Translations under genes and position numbers: made by a program | The notes under the pieces: model-generated | What the model was told of the DNA's origin: nothing | Seen by the model: only the letters and a program-made list of their open reading frames with translations | Databases searched by the model: none | Shown: piece after piece, positions 28,179-37,932 of the stretch | How the letters are laid out: each line of letters opens with the position of its first letter | How positions within the stretch are numbered: position 1 is the first letter of the stretch | Source: a virus | IMG/VR virus record: IMGVR_UViG_3300029286_002355 | Span: 96,001 to 160,000 of that record | Reading direction: 5' to 3' (one strand) | Length of the DNA stretch: 64,000 bases

Positions 28179-30716
28179 CTATTCAATTCTTTTTATCTCA
28201 CTTAAACCGCATAACCCAGCATGTTTTTCTATAATGATGTTGTTTTTTAGCCGCTGTTGTATTTCTGGACTATGCGTAATTATCATGACCCTATCAAATC
28301 TGTTTTCCAGTCTTTCTAGCATTTTAAAAACAGATTCAACATGCGAATTATCTAGACAGTTAAATATTTCGTCAAGGCAAACCAATCCGGGCTTTTGGGA
28401 GGATCTTGAAAACGATAACAAAGCCAAACCTACATCAACCGCCAATCGAACAATCATTTGCTCTCCACCGCTCAACATTTCGTAGGTATCTGCCGACCCT
28501 CCCGTTATAGTCATATCAACCTTGGAACTATCATTAATAAACATTTTAACCACTACTTCTCCATGGCTTAAAATATCCAAGAATTCTCTGATATAGACAT
28601 TGAGTAGCGGAAGGTATTTTTTTACAATACGTGTTTGTATTCCTTCTAGCCCATAAATTTCTTCAAGAATTAACATCCTCTTTAGAGTCTTGCCTTCTTT
28701 TTCAAACTCTTTTCTTTTGTTTTCTAGGTTTGTTTTTAACTGTTCGAAATTTTCTATTTCTTTACCCAAGAATCCAACTTTTTCTGAGTATTTTTGTTTG
28801 CGCTGCGAATACTCATCTTTCTTCTTTTTGTTCTCTTCTAGCTTGGCTTTTACAATGGCCGCTTCTGCCTCTGCCTGTTTGTATTTTTGAGTTAATTCCG
28901 ACAATTTGTTTTGAATAGATTCGATTTCAACCTTAAAGCGGGTTTCAATTTCAATACACTTCTGTTTGTATTCTTTGGATTTGAGTTCAAGCCCCTTTAT
29001 AGATTTACTGGATTCCTCTATTTCGGTTTTTTCAACTTTAAGAGTGGCTTCAACCTCTTTGAGTCTTTCATGGTATTCCGTGAATGATTTAAACTCGGCA
29101 AGAATATCGTTATGTTCTATCTGACTCTGTAGGCTTCCTCTTGCTCGATTCTCTAAATTAGACAAAAACGCTTTATCAACGGATAACTTCTCAGAAATCT
29201 CTTTCATAATTCTTGTTTTTTCTTCGCAAGCAAGAAGAGCTTCTTTTAGTTTGGATTCTATATGGTCTTTTGTCACCTTCATTTTGCATTCGCTACAAAT
29301 GAAAGAATCACCCTTTTTAAGTTGGTTCTGAAATTTAAGTATAATTTCCTGATATTCCTGCACTTTCGACTTGAGTTTGGATATCTCGCCAACTTTTTCC
29401 TCAACATTTACTTTAGCATTTGGAATCAGTTTTTCTACTTCGGTTTTGGCATCAATAATTTTTTTGAGTTGGGCTAACTTGTTTTCTTTTTCTCCTTTGT
29501 TGAAAGCCTTTATCTTGTTCTCTAGGATTGTCTTTCGTTCTATGCCCTTACAAACCCTATCTTCTTTGGTCTGTAAGGAAGCACTCTGTTTAAGGAGTTC
29601 CGCTTCTGATTCTTTTTGAAGTTTATCCCAATCCGCTAATTGTTTTGCGCATTCTTCTTCTCTTTCTTTCTTTTGTTTTTTGTAATTTCTCCCTTCTTCC
29701 ATAATCAGTCCTAATTTGGAAATAGGCTCTGACTTTGAAAGAAGATCGATTTCGTTCTGTAAATCCGTAATGTTCTTGTCGCATAAAATAACCTTTTCGT
29801 TACATTCCTTTTGGATAACGGATAAAGCGTTTACGAGCCCCTGAGGAGAATCTATTTTTGATTTATCTTCCATTATCCCCATCATGTCTTCGTAATTAAT
29901 GTAAGCTTTAAGGAACATATCTTCAAGAAAAGAAACATTGGATTGGATCGCTTGAACAACCTTATCTTGAGCATTTTTTTTCTTACGCAAATTTTCCAAG
30001 CATCCAACTACTACATTTTCCAAACGCAAAAGACTAATTAACATTTCTTTCCTAGTTTTGTCGCCGCCAGTTAGATATTTCCCAGCATCGTTTTGTCCAA
30101 ACATCTGACTGTTAACAAAAACATCGTAATCCTGAGTAATAACATCGGAAATAGATTCTTTAGTATCGGTTGTTCTATGGCCCGACAAGCTATCAGAACC
30201 GTCTTTGCTAATGCATTCAAATTCCAACAAAGGAGTGCTACTTTTCTGAGTTGAAACAAAAGTCCTGCCTCTCTTAATACGATATATCCTATCCGCATCT
30301 TCCAAAAATTCTTCTACATAGGATTCTCTTAGATTGGGTGGATATTTCCCATTTATCTTTGTTACAACAGATAAACCCGCTTTTTCTACCTTATCTGAAT
30401 TCCTAGTCTTACGAACAATTTTTTCATAATGGGCATAACAAATTCCCTCCATGATACTGCTTTTACCCACTCCATTAGACATATCGACATTACCATCTAC
30501 TAATCCTATGATGCCTAATTGTTTTTCTATGCCCCTTTGTTTAGCTTTCTTAATATGGGTAACAGGATCTTTTTTAACCCCCTCATATATGTCATCCATG
30601 GTTATTTTTTCTTCTTTCAAGTCCATCTTTTGTTGAGAAGTAAGATCGAATACAATAGTGTTATTACTTTCCCCGAAGCGAAGAAAGTTATGGAACTTCA
30701 TGGCGTAAACTTGCAT
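28179..30716 (-). CDS. sbcC: SbcC/Rad50-like SMC ATPase
   Basis: NGVGKSS Walker A, long coiled coil with CSEC hook, LSGGEQM signature, CLDEIF Walker B, ITHS. Confidence 0.92.
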   Translation of the reverse strand: MQVYAMKFHNFLRFGESNNTIVFDLTSQQKMDLKEEKITMDDIYEGVKKDPVTHIKKAKQRGIEKQLGIIGLVDGNVDMSNGVGKSSIMEGICYAHYEKIVRKTRNSDKVEKAGLSVVTKINGKYPPNLRESYVEEFLEDADRIYRIKRGRTFVSTQKSSTPLLEFECISKDGSDSLSGHRTTDTKESISDVITQDYDVFVNSQMFGQNDAGKYLTGGDKTRKEMLISLLRLENVVVGCLENLRKKKNAQDKVVQAIQSNVSFLEDMFLKAYINYEDMMGIMEDKSKIDSPQGLVNALSVIQKECNEKVILCDKNITDLQNEIDLLSKSEPISKLGLIMEEGRNYKKQKKEREEECAKQLADWDKLQKESEAELLKQSASLQTKEDRVCKGIERKTILENKIKAFNKGEKENKLAQLKKIIDAKTEVEKLIPNAKVNVEEKVGEISKLKSKVQEYQEIILKFQNQLKKGDSFICSECKMKVTKDHIESKLKEALLACEEKTRIMKEISEKLSVDKAFLSNLENRARGSLQSQIEHNDILAEFKSFTEYHERLKEVEATLKVEKTEIEESSKSIKGLELKSKEYKQKCIEIETRFKVEIESIQNKLSELTQKYKQAEAEAAIVKAKLEENKKKKDEYSQRKQKYSEKVGFLGKEIENFEQLKTNLENKRKEFEKEGKTLKRMLILEEIYGLEGIQTRIVKKYLPLLNVYIREFLDILSHGEVVVKMFINDSSKVDMTITGGSADTYEMLSGGEQMIVRLAVDVGLALLSFSRSSQKPGLVCLDEIFNCLDNSHVESVFKMLERLENRFDRVMIITHSPEIQQRLKNNIIIEKHAGLCGLSEIKRIE

Positions 30717-32002
30717 TATTTAGCCTCCGTTGCTTCTTTATAGATATCCGTAGACATTTGAATCAAAATGTCCTGTTCCTCTTTGATTACTTCACGTTCT
30801 TTGATCATGTCGTTGATAGTTCCCAACACAACCACTTCATTAATGCGCCCTTCCCCCAAAATAGTTTCTTCAATTTCCATAGCTTCTTTGTCTTCTTCTT
30901 CGTCAATTACTTTTTGTTCATGGAATACATGTATGGGATTTATTTTCTGACGAATCTTTCTTTTAATCTCTTCCAATCCCAAAGAGAAATCCATCAACTC
31001 ATTATTATTTCCAACAAAAGATATCTTAACGATAGCTCCCTTGAACCCCTTAGGAACGGCATCCAAAGTGTTTTCTATCTGTTTAATATTACCTTTTAGT
31101 TCAAGCATCGGACGGCAGTTGGGATATTCAATAAATTTACATTTACCCATTGGAGAATTTTCAACTATTTTATCATCATAAACTACAAAACCCTTTTTGT
31201 GGTCTATTTCTGTCATATCTGTTTTTTCTATACTGCCACAATACATAGAGATACTGTTTTTAACTGGAAGAATTTGAAACTGATGATAGTCTCCAAGGAA
31301 TATATATTTTGCACCTATTAACTCCAAATCTTCAAGACCAATATCGTTTAAGTTGGTGTTGTAGAAATTTTTCTTGCCTGTTGTTGTTGTATTCGTAATC
31401 GTGCGCTCGGTTTGTAACTCAACATATTGGCTTTTAATAGCACCCTTAACCCCAAAATGACCGAAAAAAAGTTTTTCTTTCAAAGCTAACTCAGGTTGCT
31501 CTTTAATTTTCGCCTCTACTTGCCTAATAAAAGTGTGTAGCTGATCCTTGATAAGTATTTTCCCTTGTTCAACCTCCATCGAATAAGGAAATAGCAAAAG
31601 AAGTTTGTCTTTGAATTCTAGAATCTGAGGGGTTTCAACAACCTTGATATTCTTAAACTGGGATCTGGCAATGGGGCGAAGGGCGTGGTGCTTCTTACAA
31701 ACATCATGATTCCCTACCAAAATAATAATGGGTATCTTGGCTTCGGTTAGTTCTCTTAGTTTGGCATTAAAGAAAGCTCTAACATCATTAGAAGGATCAA
31801 AGGTTTCAAAAGAATCGCCTGCTATAACAATCAGATCAGGTTTAATTTGATCTTTGTTTAGAGAAATCATATATTCGAATGACTTCATGAAATCAACGGA
31901 TCTAAAAGGCATATCGGAATACCCTTTATCCATAACACCTTTATAAACCGATTTATTAAGGTGTAAATCTGCCATGATGCTTATTTTCAAAGTAGTTCCC
32001 AC
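30716..32002 (-). CDS. sbcD: SbcD/Mre11-like metallophosphoesterase nuclease
   Basis: ADLHL, IAGDSF, LVGNHD, FGH, LGDYH, YCGSI. Confidence 0.92.
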   Translation of the reverse strand: MGTTLKISIMADLHLNKSVYKGVMDKGYSDMPFRSVDFMKSFEYMISLNKDQIKPDLIVIAGDSFETFDPSNDVRAFFNAKLRELTEAKIPIIILVGNHDVCKKHHALRPIARSQFKNIKVVETPQILEFKDKLLLLFPYSMEVEQGKILIKDQLHTFIRQVEAKIKEQPELALKEKLFFGHFGVKGAIKSQYVELQTERTITNTTTTGKKNFYNTNLNDIGLEDLELIGAKYIFLGDYHQFQILPVKNSISMYCGSIEKTDMTEIDHKKGFVVYDDKIVENSPMGKCKFIEYPNCRPMLELKGNIKQIENTLDAVPKGFKGAIVKISFVGNNNELMDFSLGLEEIKRKIRQKINPIHVFHEQKVIDEEEDKEAMEIEETILGEGRINEVVVLGTINDMIKEREVIKEEQDILIQMSTDIYKEATEAK

Positions 32003-32238
32003 CCTTCTAATTCTAGTTCATATGCGAATCTTTCAATCCCACTAACCAAGTGATTGTGTTTTTTGTAAAACTCGCAATGACATGCTCCGTCACGCCAAGG
32101 GTTTCGACATTGGTTACATGTTGTTTTTGATTGAACAAATTCTCTATACGCTCTTATCAACGGATGATTCCTTGCTTGCTTCTTGAATAGGTTCTTGAAT
32201 AGGCTCATCGTCTTTCTCCTTTTTTCGTCTAACTCCAA
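31987..32238 (-). CDS. Small Cys-rich hypothetical protein
   Basis: CNQC...CHC; overlaps its neighbours, so the start is uncertain. Confidence 0.4.
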   Translation of the reverse strand: MELDEKRRKTMSLFKNLFKKQARNHPLIRAYREFVQSKTTCNQCRNPWRDGACHCEFYKKHNHLVSGIERFAYELELEGWELL

Positions 32239-32371
32239 GTATTTCTTTCATTTTATCTGGACTTTCATTAGATAGTTTTTCCCAATGTTTATCGCATAAA
32301 GGTTTCCCGAAATATGTTATCTCTACTTTGTCTTTACACTTCTTAAACCAACATGTGCAAACTTCACTCAT
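32144..32371 (-). CDS. Small hypothetical zinc-finger-like protein
   Basis: CTCWFKKC...LCDKHW; promoter at 32401-32408 upstream. Confidence 0.55.
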   Translation of the reverse strand: MSEVCTCWFKKCKDKVEITYFGKPLCDKHWEKLSNESPDKMKEILGVRRKKEKDDEPIQEPIQEASKESSVDKSV

Positions 32372-32408
32372 GACAACCTGTTATTGTTTTTCATAGAGAT
32401 ATTATACA

Positions 32409-32444
32409 AAAAAGGGAGTAAAGAAAAATCTTTACTCCCTTTTT
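32409..32444. terminator. Bidirectional intrinsic terminator
   Basis: AAAAAGGGAGTAAAGA-AAAA-TCTTTACTCCCTTTTT perfect inverted repeat with T-tracts, downstream of the SpoVS gene. Confidence 0.85.
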
Positions 32445-32464
32445 GTTTTGTAATCAGTTCTATA

Positions 32465-33199
32465 CTAGGCTTCGTTACTAAAACAATAGAAGGCTATGCC
32501 GGTACGTTCGTTGTCTCCCATTTCGGTTACTATAAAATCATCAAAGGCATATAGATCTGCGCCTCTAGTGGCCGTAAATCCTCTTGCAATAGCCAACGCT
32601 TTACAGGCCTTACCGATACAGGCATTCCCGAAACATCTAACCAAACATTCCTTGTTTTCTTCAACAGCATGTGTAATAGCTCCAGCAAGTTTCCTTACTC
32701 GAATTCGTCTTTCTGCGGGATCGATATCTTTAGGGTCTGCCTTAACCATAAGAACGCTTTTTACTTTCTCTAAATCAATTTTTTTAGTTTTTTCTGAAGC
32801 AAAGACGCAAAAGACAATGCCAGTTAATGTGCTATCACCAATTTGTGCCGTTAAAAACGCTGGTGCATAAGCTAGTTGCAGATTGTTCGTGTCCTCAACA
32901 TAAGACTTAGCAATAGCAAGTGCTTTGACCGACTTCCCAATAGCTGCGTTTCCAAATGCCCTAACGTTAATTTCTCCATTGGTTCTTAAAGAATGGCTGA
33001 TGGCTCCTGCTAATTTTTTTACATTTCTTTTTCTATCTTCTGGCGTAATATCGGCAGGATCGGCAGCAACTTTAAGTGCAGGTTTTGAATCATCGGTTAA
33101 TGGTTTTGGGACAGATGCTTGTGGTATTGCTTCAACTAACTCCTTGTCTTCGTGCATTTCCTCAAGATCGTTTTTATCTATTACTATATTTTCAGTCAT
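32465..33199 (-). CDS. Tandem two-domain SpoVS-family protein
   Basis: Two copies of LxVxAD...V(K/R)KLAGAI.H...VRxFGNAxIGKxxKALAIA, the SpoVS signature. Confidence 0.85.
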   Translation of the reverse strand: MTENIVIDKNDLEEMHEDKELVEAIPQASVPKPLTDDSKPALKVAADPADITPEDRKRNVKKLAGAISHSLRTNGEINVRAFGNAAIGKSVKALAIAKSYVEDTNNLQLAYAPAFLTAQIGDSTLTGIVFCVFASEKTKKIDLEKVKSVLMVKADPKDIDPAERRIRVRKLAGAITHAVEENKECLVRCFGNACIGKACKALAIARGFTATRGADLYAFDDFIVTEMGDNERTGIAFYCFSNEA

Positions 33200-33291
33200 C
33201 TCATCCTCCTATTTGTATAATTCAATTTTTGTGAGCAACATTCATTTGGTGCTCTTATACATTATACAAGAAGCGGAGTGATTTTAACCAC

Positions 33292-33325
33292 AAAAAAAGG
33301 AGACCAAGAGTGGTCTCCTTTTTTT
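33292..33325. terminator. Bidirectional intrinsic terminator
   Basis: AAAAAAAGGAGACCA-AGAG-TGGTCTCCTTTTTTT. Confidence 0.88.
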
Positions 33326-33347
33326 AGGTCATGAACAACTAATTGAT

Positions 33348-34241
33348 TTAGTTACTGCCTAATTTTGATATATAATGCTCTTTATTTTTTCGTAGCTCCC
33401 TTATGGTTCGCATAATGAAATCTGTTTCTTCAGTTTTCTTTAATTCAACGGCGTACTTTAAGCGGCTAGACCCTTCGACAACATAGCTAATGAGTTTGAA
33501 GTCACCATTGATTGCGCCTTTACCCTTTAGGAGTTCCTTTACTACCTTTGAACATTTATTTTTACAAAATTTCTTGGCTTGATTTCTAGTAATATGCACA
33601 AAACCATGTTTAGTTCGATATTCTTTAATCAGGGCTGTTAAGCTATTCCCTTCGCTTACTTTTTCTAGAAATTTCTTGAGACGAGAGTTATTATTGGCTA
33701 AGATTTCTAGGGTTTCGTCAAAATGAGTTTTATTCAAATTGAATTCTTTTTCATGTGGGTTTCCGCTAGGGATAACATCTTTTAATGTAACTTCTGATCC
33801 ATCTTTATCGTTATACGGGAAGTCAAGAGATAGAATCATTCCACATAGAGGCCCATTATAGAATTCCGAAATTCTCTTTTTTGCATGTTTACTATTTTTT
33901 ATGTTTTTTACTCTGTTTAGTAAAAACGTAAACAGGCAAGTATTAAATGATCCACGCCGCCTGTCATATTTCTGAGCCGCTCTGACAAAAACTACAGATA
34001 ATTCGGAAAACAAATCTTCTACGCTAATGGCTAGGCCGGGGTAAAAGTGTTTGGTTGCCCAGCTTCTTAATGTTGGAATCCTATTCCTATATACCTTTTC
34101 AAGAACTTTCATATCTCCGGTTTTTTGAAAATCTACTACATCTTTATTTTCTTGATTTCTATCAATACAAACCATACTTTCGTCTATATCATATGCCATG
34201 TTGTTATCTTTCATCCACTCTGTACTGTTATTACTCTGCAT
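33348..34241 (-). CDS. Second sigma-70-family (region 2) sigma-factor-like protein
   Basis: FQKTGDMKVLEKV...EDLFSEL...RAAQKYDRRRGSFNTCLF...NRVKN. The C-terminal half is not a recognisable region 4. Confidence 0.7.
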   Translation of the reverse strand: MQSNNSTEWMKDNNMAYDIDESMVCIDRNQENKDVVDFQKTGDMKVLEKVYRNRIPTLRSWATKHFYPGLAISVEDLFSELSVVFVRAAQKYDRRRGSFNTCLFTFLLNRVKNIKNSKHAKKRISEFYNGPLCGMILSLDFPYNDKDGSEVTLKDVIPSGNPHEKEFNLNKTHFDETLEILANNNSRLKKFLEKVSEGNSLTALIKEYRTKHGFVHITRNQAKKFCKNKCSKVVKELLKGKGAINGDFKLISYVVEGSSRLKYAVELKKTEETDFIMRTIRELRKNKEHYISKLGSN

Positions 34242-34262
34242 AGCCCTCCCTTGTTGTTTGTT

Positions 34263-34976
34263 TTACTTTTCCCAGCAAATAGTTTGATATTCGCAAACAA
34301 TACATTCTCTATTATTTTTCTCTTTATAAGGTCTCAAAGGTATAGTGCCTTTTATTTGATTCCCGAACAGTTGAAGACATTTGTTTTTGGCTGACGTAAT
34401 GATAGATTTATAAGGCAATATATGGAAGATGTTGTAGTCTTGAGTATTCTTGTTTTCATAAAGTAAAAGGCCGTTTTTAACTTCTGATAACCACATAAGA
34501 AGCATAAGTTCAATAACATGCCTTTTGATTGATCCCTCTTCATTTACTTTGGAGTACTCGTCTTCGGATAAAACTTTCACAAGGAGAACAAAAATACAAT
34601 CCTTTATTTTAAGAATGGCATCGATTTTACCATTAAGATTATAATTGCAATCGGCGGTAACGACATCCCTAGCTACAACTTTAATTCCGCTAAAACTATC
34701 AAGAAAATCAACCCATTTGTTTTTAGTATATTCTCTAATAACGTCCTGTTGATAAGAATAATTTTGATCTACTTTAGTTCCTCTAGCACGATAAATAATT
34801 CGTCTTGGGCATTCTGTAATTTGTGTAGGGTTATATACTTCGTTATTTTTTACGAAATTCCTTCTTTTTATTTCATCTTTTATCAGGCCGTGTATATCTT
34901 TTGTCCATTCGTCTTTTTTGACAAATATATCTTTACTGTGCATAGAGAATCTCTTTGGATGTTTCTTCTCGAACAA
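34263..34976 (-). CDS. Cas4-like / PD-(D/E)xK exonuclease-family protein
   Basis: YNPTQITECPRRI...GKIDAIL...C-x2-CEYQTIC: the four-Cys Fe-S staple arrangement. Confidence 0.75.
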   Translation of the reverse strand: MFEKKHPKRFSMHSKDIFVKKDEWTKDIHGLIKDEIKRRNFVKNNEVYNPTQITECPRRIIYRARGTKVDQNYSYQQDVIREYTKNKWVDFLDSFSGIKVVARDVVTADCNYNLNGKIDAILKIKDCIFVLLVKVLSEDEYSKVNEEGSIKRHVIELMLLMWLSEVKNGLLLYENKNTQDYNIFHILPYKSIITSAKNKCLQLFGNQIKGTIPLRPYKEKNNRECIVCEYQTICWEK

Positions 34977-35736
34977 CCTTTTGGCAAAGCTTGTAGATTT
35001 CGGATTGAGTTAAGGTCTTCTCAAGTTTAAGGAAAGCATCCAATCCTTCTTTGCTGACAAATACATCGGGATCTATCTTAAGAGGCAAATGGATGACGGA
35101 TATATTTTCACAAAAGTCATATTTTTTTAAAATGGTAATGGCTATTTGTTTACCTTTGTCTCCAGATTCGTTGTCATCGGTATCAAAACATAAACAAATG
35201 TTATTGCAGTATCTAGCAATCAAACTAATTTTACGTAAGGCAAAAGCGGTTCCCATAATCCCAACAACATTTTTTAGACCATATTGAAACAAAACTAAAG
35301 CGTCCATATACCCTTCTACGACATAGACCTTATTTTTTTCAAAGATGGTCTTGCGAGCTTTATCTAAAAGAAAAAGATGATTTCCTTTTTTGAAAGGCGA
35401 TGGTAAATTCCACCAAGAATTTCCCGGCTTTGACGTAGGACTTCTAGTAGCAAAAGCAACAACCTCCCCAAATTCAGAAAAGATAGGGACTATAATTTTT
35501 CCATGAATATAAGGAGAGATATCCCATCTTTTTTCTGTATCCCCCGAACCATAAAAACGGACAGGATCGGGAATGTTAAAACCTGTCTTACAATAACCTA
35601 TTATATGAGAATTCCAAGATTTTTCAAGTAGTTTTCTCTCATTAATAAGATATTCTCTGGCAGTTTTAATTTCCCGATCTGCACCCGATAAGAGCGAAAC
35701 ATTACACTCTTTTATAAACTCTGACAGATCAGACAT
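34933..35736 (-). CDS. dnaG: DNA primase (TOPRIM core, no N-terminal zinc-binding domain)
   Basis: IIVPI...VVAFATR, VYVVEGYMDAL, VGIMGT, CFDTDDNESG, DPD. Confidence 0.88.
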   Translation of the reverse strand: MSDLSEFIKECNVSLLSGADREIKTAREYLINERKLLEKSWNSHIIGYCKTGFNIPDPVRFYGSGDTEKRWDISPYIHGKIIVPIFSEFGEVVAFATRSPTSKPGNSWWNLPSPFKKGNHLFLLDKARKTIFEKNKVYVVEGYMDALVLFQYGLKNVVGIMGTAFALRKISLIARYCNNICLCFDTDDNESGDKGKQIAITILKKYDFCENISVIHLPLKIDPDVFVSKEGLDAFLKLEKTLTQSEIYKLCQKVVREETSKEILYAQ

Positions 35737-35742
35737 TTATGC

Positions 35743-36963
35743 TTATTTTTCCTCTTCTTCCATCTTCATATCATCGGAATTATCTTCTTCCATGGCAGGA
35801 GCTTCATTAACTTGTACCGCACTTACATCTCCCTTCAAAGGAGATACCGCTATGGATGGATTGTCGATAATTTCCTTAATAATAGGATTTATCTTAACTA
35901 CATCTCCATTCTTATCCTCTTCTGGATCATCTTCATACGCTCCAACACAAGCGTTAGCAACAGTAAGAACCATATCATTCTTAACTAAATAATCCGCTAG
36001 TTCTACCATTGATTTACAGCCCGTATCAACATTTTTCTTGGCTTTCATCATATCCTTGCCAAGTTTGAACTCCCCTTCTCTTAACGATACCACCTTGTAA
36101 TCTTTTGCTGCATTACAAAGTTTGACAACAGGATTCATGGCTGTTTCATCAAAAACGATCTCAAGAGTACATTGCCCATAGGGAGAAGCTACCTTGTTTT
36201 TCACAAACTGAACCCAACTAGAACGAGCAATGACCCTTTCGCTATTGCCTTCTTTAACTTTTATTTTCCTTCCGGGAGTAACTTTTATTCTAATATGAGA
36301 ATAGAATTTTAAAGCTCTTCCGCCGGGGGTAGTTTCGGCATCACCAAACATGACATTCATCTTCTCTCTAATTTGGTTTAACAATACGCATATGGTTCCT
36401 GTACTACCGCAATGAGCTATGATTTGCCTACAAGCCTTTGACATTGCTCTAGCCAAGAGCGCATAGTCCTGATCTCCAACCTTCCCTTCTAACTCTTTTG
36501 ATGGAATTAGAGCGGCGGTTGAATCTACCACAACAACCCCAAATGCTCCACTCTTGCAAAGAAGAATAACGTAATCCAAAATCTTTTCGGCAGACATGGG
36601 TTCGTTAATTATATAGAGACTCTTAACATCTACACCATGTTTTTTAGCCCATTTAGGATCAAATGATTGTTCCGCATCGACCAAACAACAAGGCAATCCC
36701 TTCTTTTGAGCAGAAGCAATTAATTTAAGAGATAGGAATGACTTGCCGCCCGATTCCGATCCAAATATTTCAACAAGCTTCCCTTTTGGAACCCCGCCAC
36801 AATTACTAGCTTTATCAACATCGGGATAATCAAACGATATAACGTCTATTACTTCATTTTCATTAACCTTATAGATAATCGGATCGCCTTTGTTGCCCAT
36901 CAACTTTTCAATATTTGAAATAACTGCATCAATATCTTTACATATTTTTTTAGGTCTAGCCAT
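35743..36963 (-). CDS. recA: RecA recombinase
   Basis: GVPKGKLVEIFGSESGGKS, VDAEQSFDP, VVDSTAAL, LNQIREKM, ETTPGGRALKFYS, KNKVASP. Confidence 0.97.
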   Translation of the reverse strand: MARPKKICKDIDAVISNIEKLMGNKGDPIIYKVNENEVIDVISFDYPDVDKASNCGGVPKGKLVEIFGSESGGKSFLSLKLIASAQKKGLPCCLVDAEQSFDPKWAKKHGVDVKSLYIINEPMSAEKILDYVILLCKSGAFGVVVVDSTAALIPSKELEGKVGDQDYALLARAMSKACRQIIAHCGSTGTICVLLNQIREKMNVMFGDAETTPGGRALKFYSHIRIKVTPGRKIKVKEGNSERVIARSSWVQFVKNKVASPYGQCTLEIVFDETAMNPVVKLCNAAKDYKVVSLREGEFKLGKDMMKAKKNVDTGCKSMVELADYLVKNDMVLTVANACVGAYEDDPEEDKNGDVVKINPIIKEIIDNPSIAVSPLKGDVSAVQVNEAPAMEEDNSDDMKMEEEEK

Positions 36964-36991
36964 TTTTCTCCTTAATTTTCTTTAGTAGAAA

Positions 36992-37015
36992 GCGGGGAAA
37001 AATGTTTTTCCCCGC
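36992..37015. terminator. Intergenic hairpin between ssb and recA
   Basis: GCGGGGAAAAA-TG-TTTTTCCCCGC with only a short T-tract; terminator or RNA-stability hairpin. Confidence 0.5.
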
Positions 37016-37026
37016 CTTCATAGGAA

Positions 37027-37782
37027 TTAGAATTTGATATCTTCATCGTCACCGAATAAATCCTTATCTTCGGATTTTTCGGCAGGAGCTTCTGGCATAG
37101 ACTCTTCTATTTTTGCCGCAGGAACTTCTTCTGTTTTCTCGTCTTTATCAGCCTTACTTTCTTTCTTCGGTGCAATTTTTTCAGAATCAGGAAGAGCATC
37201 CCATAGCTGCTTAATCTTTTCCAGAGACGTAGAAGCATACATGTCCTTTAGAGGAGCTTTCTTCGCCTTGAAGTTAGCAATCTCTTCATCTGTGAAAGGA
37301 GATGCCTTCTTCTTTGCATTAGCCGCATAAGTAGCTTGCAACTTATTCCCATTGGGCCAAGCCACTGTAATAACAAAGTCAGATCCCTCTCTACCAGCAG
37401 GATCAATTTCGTTAACAGCCTTCTCTCTAGCAAAACATTTAAATAGACTACGGCCCTTTTCTAGAATTTTTAATTGACCATCAGCCCTGTCAATTACATG
37501 AATAGCAAATGTTACCCTAGGATAAAATTTTGCTAACCAAGCAGGATCTTCGTTCTTATATGCTTCGTCCGTAATCACCCTTTCTGTAAAAGGTTTCCAA
37601 TGTCTTAAAAACTTGACATGTTTTCCAATGAGCCGTACTGTATACTCACCGGGTTTGTCAAATTTCATGTATGGCAAGCGAGCCTTACCATTACTACCCT
37701 TGGATTTATCTCCGTCCTGACCTTCAGTTTCTGGAGGAAAATCCGTATCCCAACTACCTTCATTTGCCTGTTTATCGCTCAT
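37027..37782 (-). CDS. Phage single-stranded DNA-binding protein (gp32-like)
   Basis: YMKF...TVRLIG...RHW...AIHVIDRADGQLKILE; acidic tail ending DLFGDDEDIKF; sits next to recA. Confidence 0.7.
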   Translation of the reverse strand: MSDKQANEGSWDTDFPPETEGQDGDKSKGSNGKARLPYMKFDKPGEYTVRLIGKHVKFLRHWKPFTERVITDEAYKNEDPAWLAKFYPRVTFAIHVIDRADGQLKILEKGRSLFKCFAREKAVNEIDPAGREGSDFVITVAWPNGNKLQATYAANAKKKASPFTDEEIANFKAKKAPLKDMYASTSLEKIKQLWDALPDSEKIAPKKESKADKDEKTEEVPAAKIEESMPEAPAEKSEDKDLFGDDEDIKF

Positions 37783-37932
37783 ACTACTATCTCCTTTTGT
37801 TGTTACTGGTTATTGTTACTGTTTTCTGTTCTTTACTCATTAGAGTAATTATACAGTAAATTTTTAAAATCTTAACAAAAATCTTAACTTTTTTTGGTGG
37901 GAATATAAGATAAGAATCCGGGCAAAATGTTC

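Noticed and set aside
16081-34976. Type V CRISPR-Cas system (TnpB as Cas12f, Cas4-like gene as cas4)
   Set aside because: No array, cas1 or cas2. The TnpB sits within mapped IS ends, and the Cas4-like gene is 17 kb away in the replication cluster.
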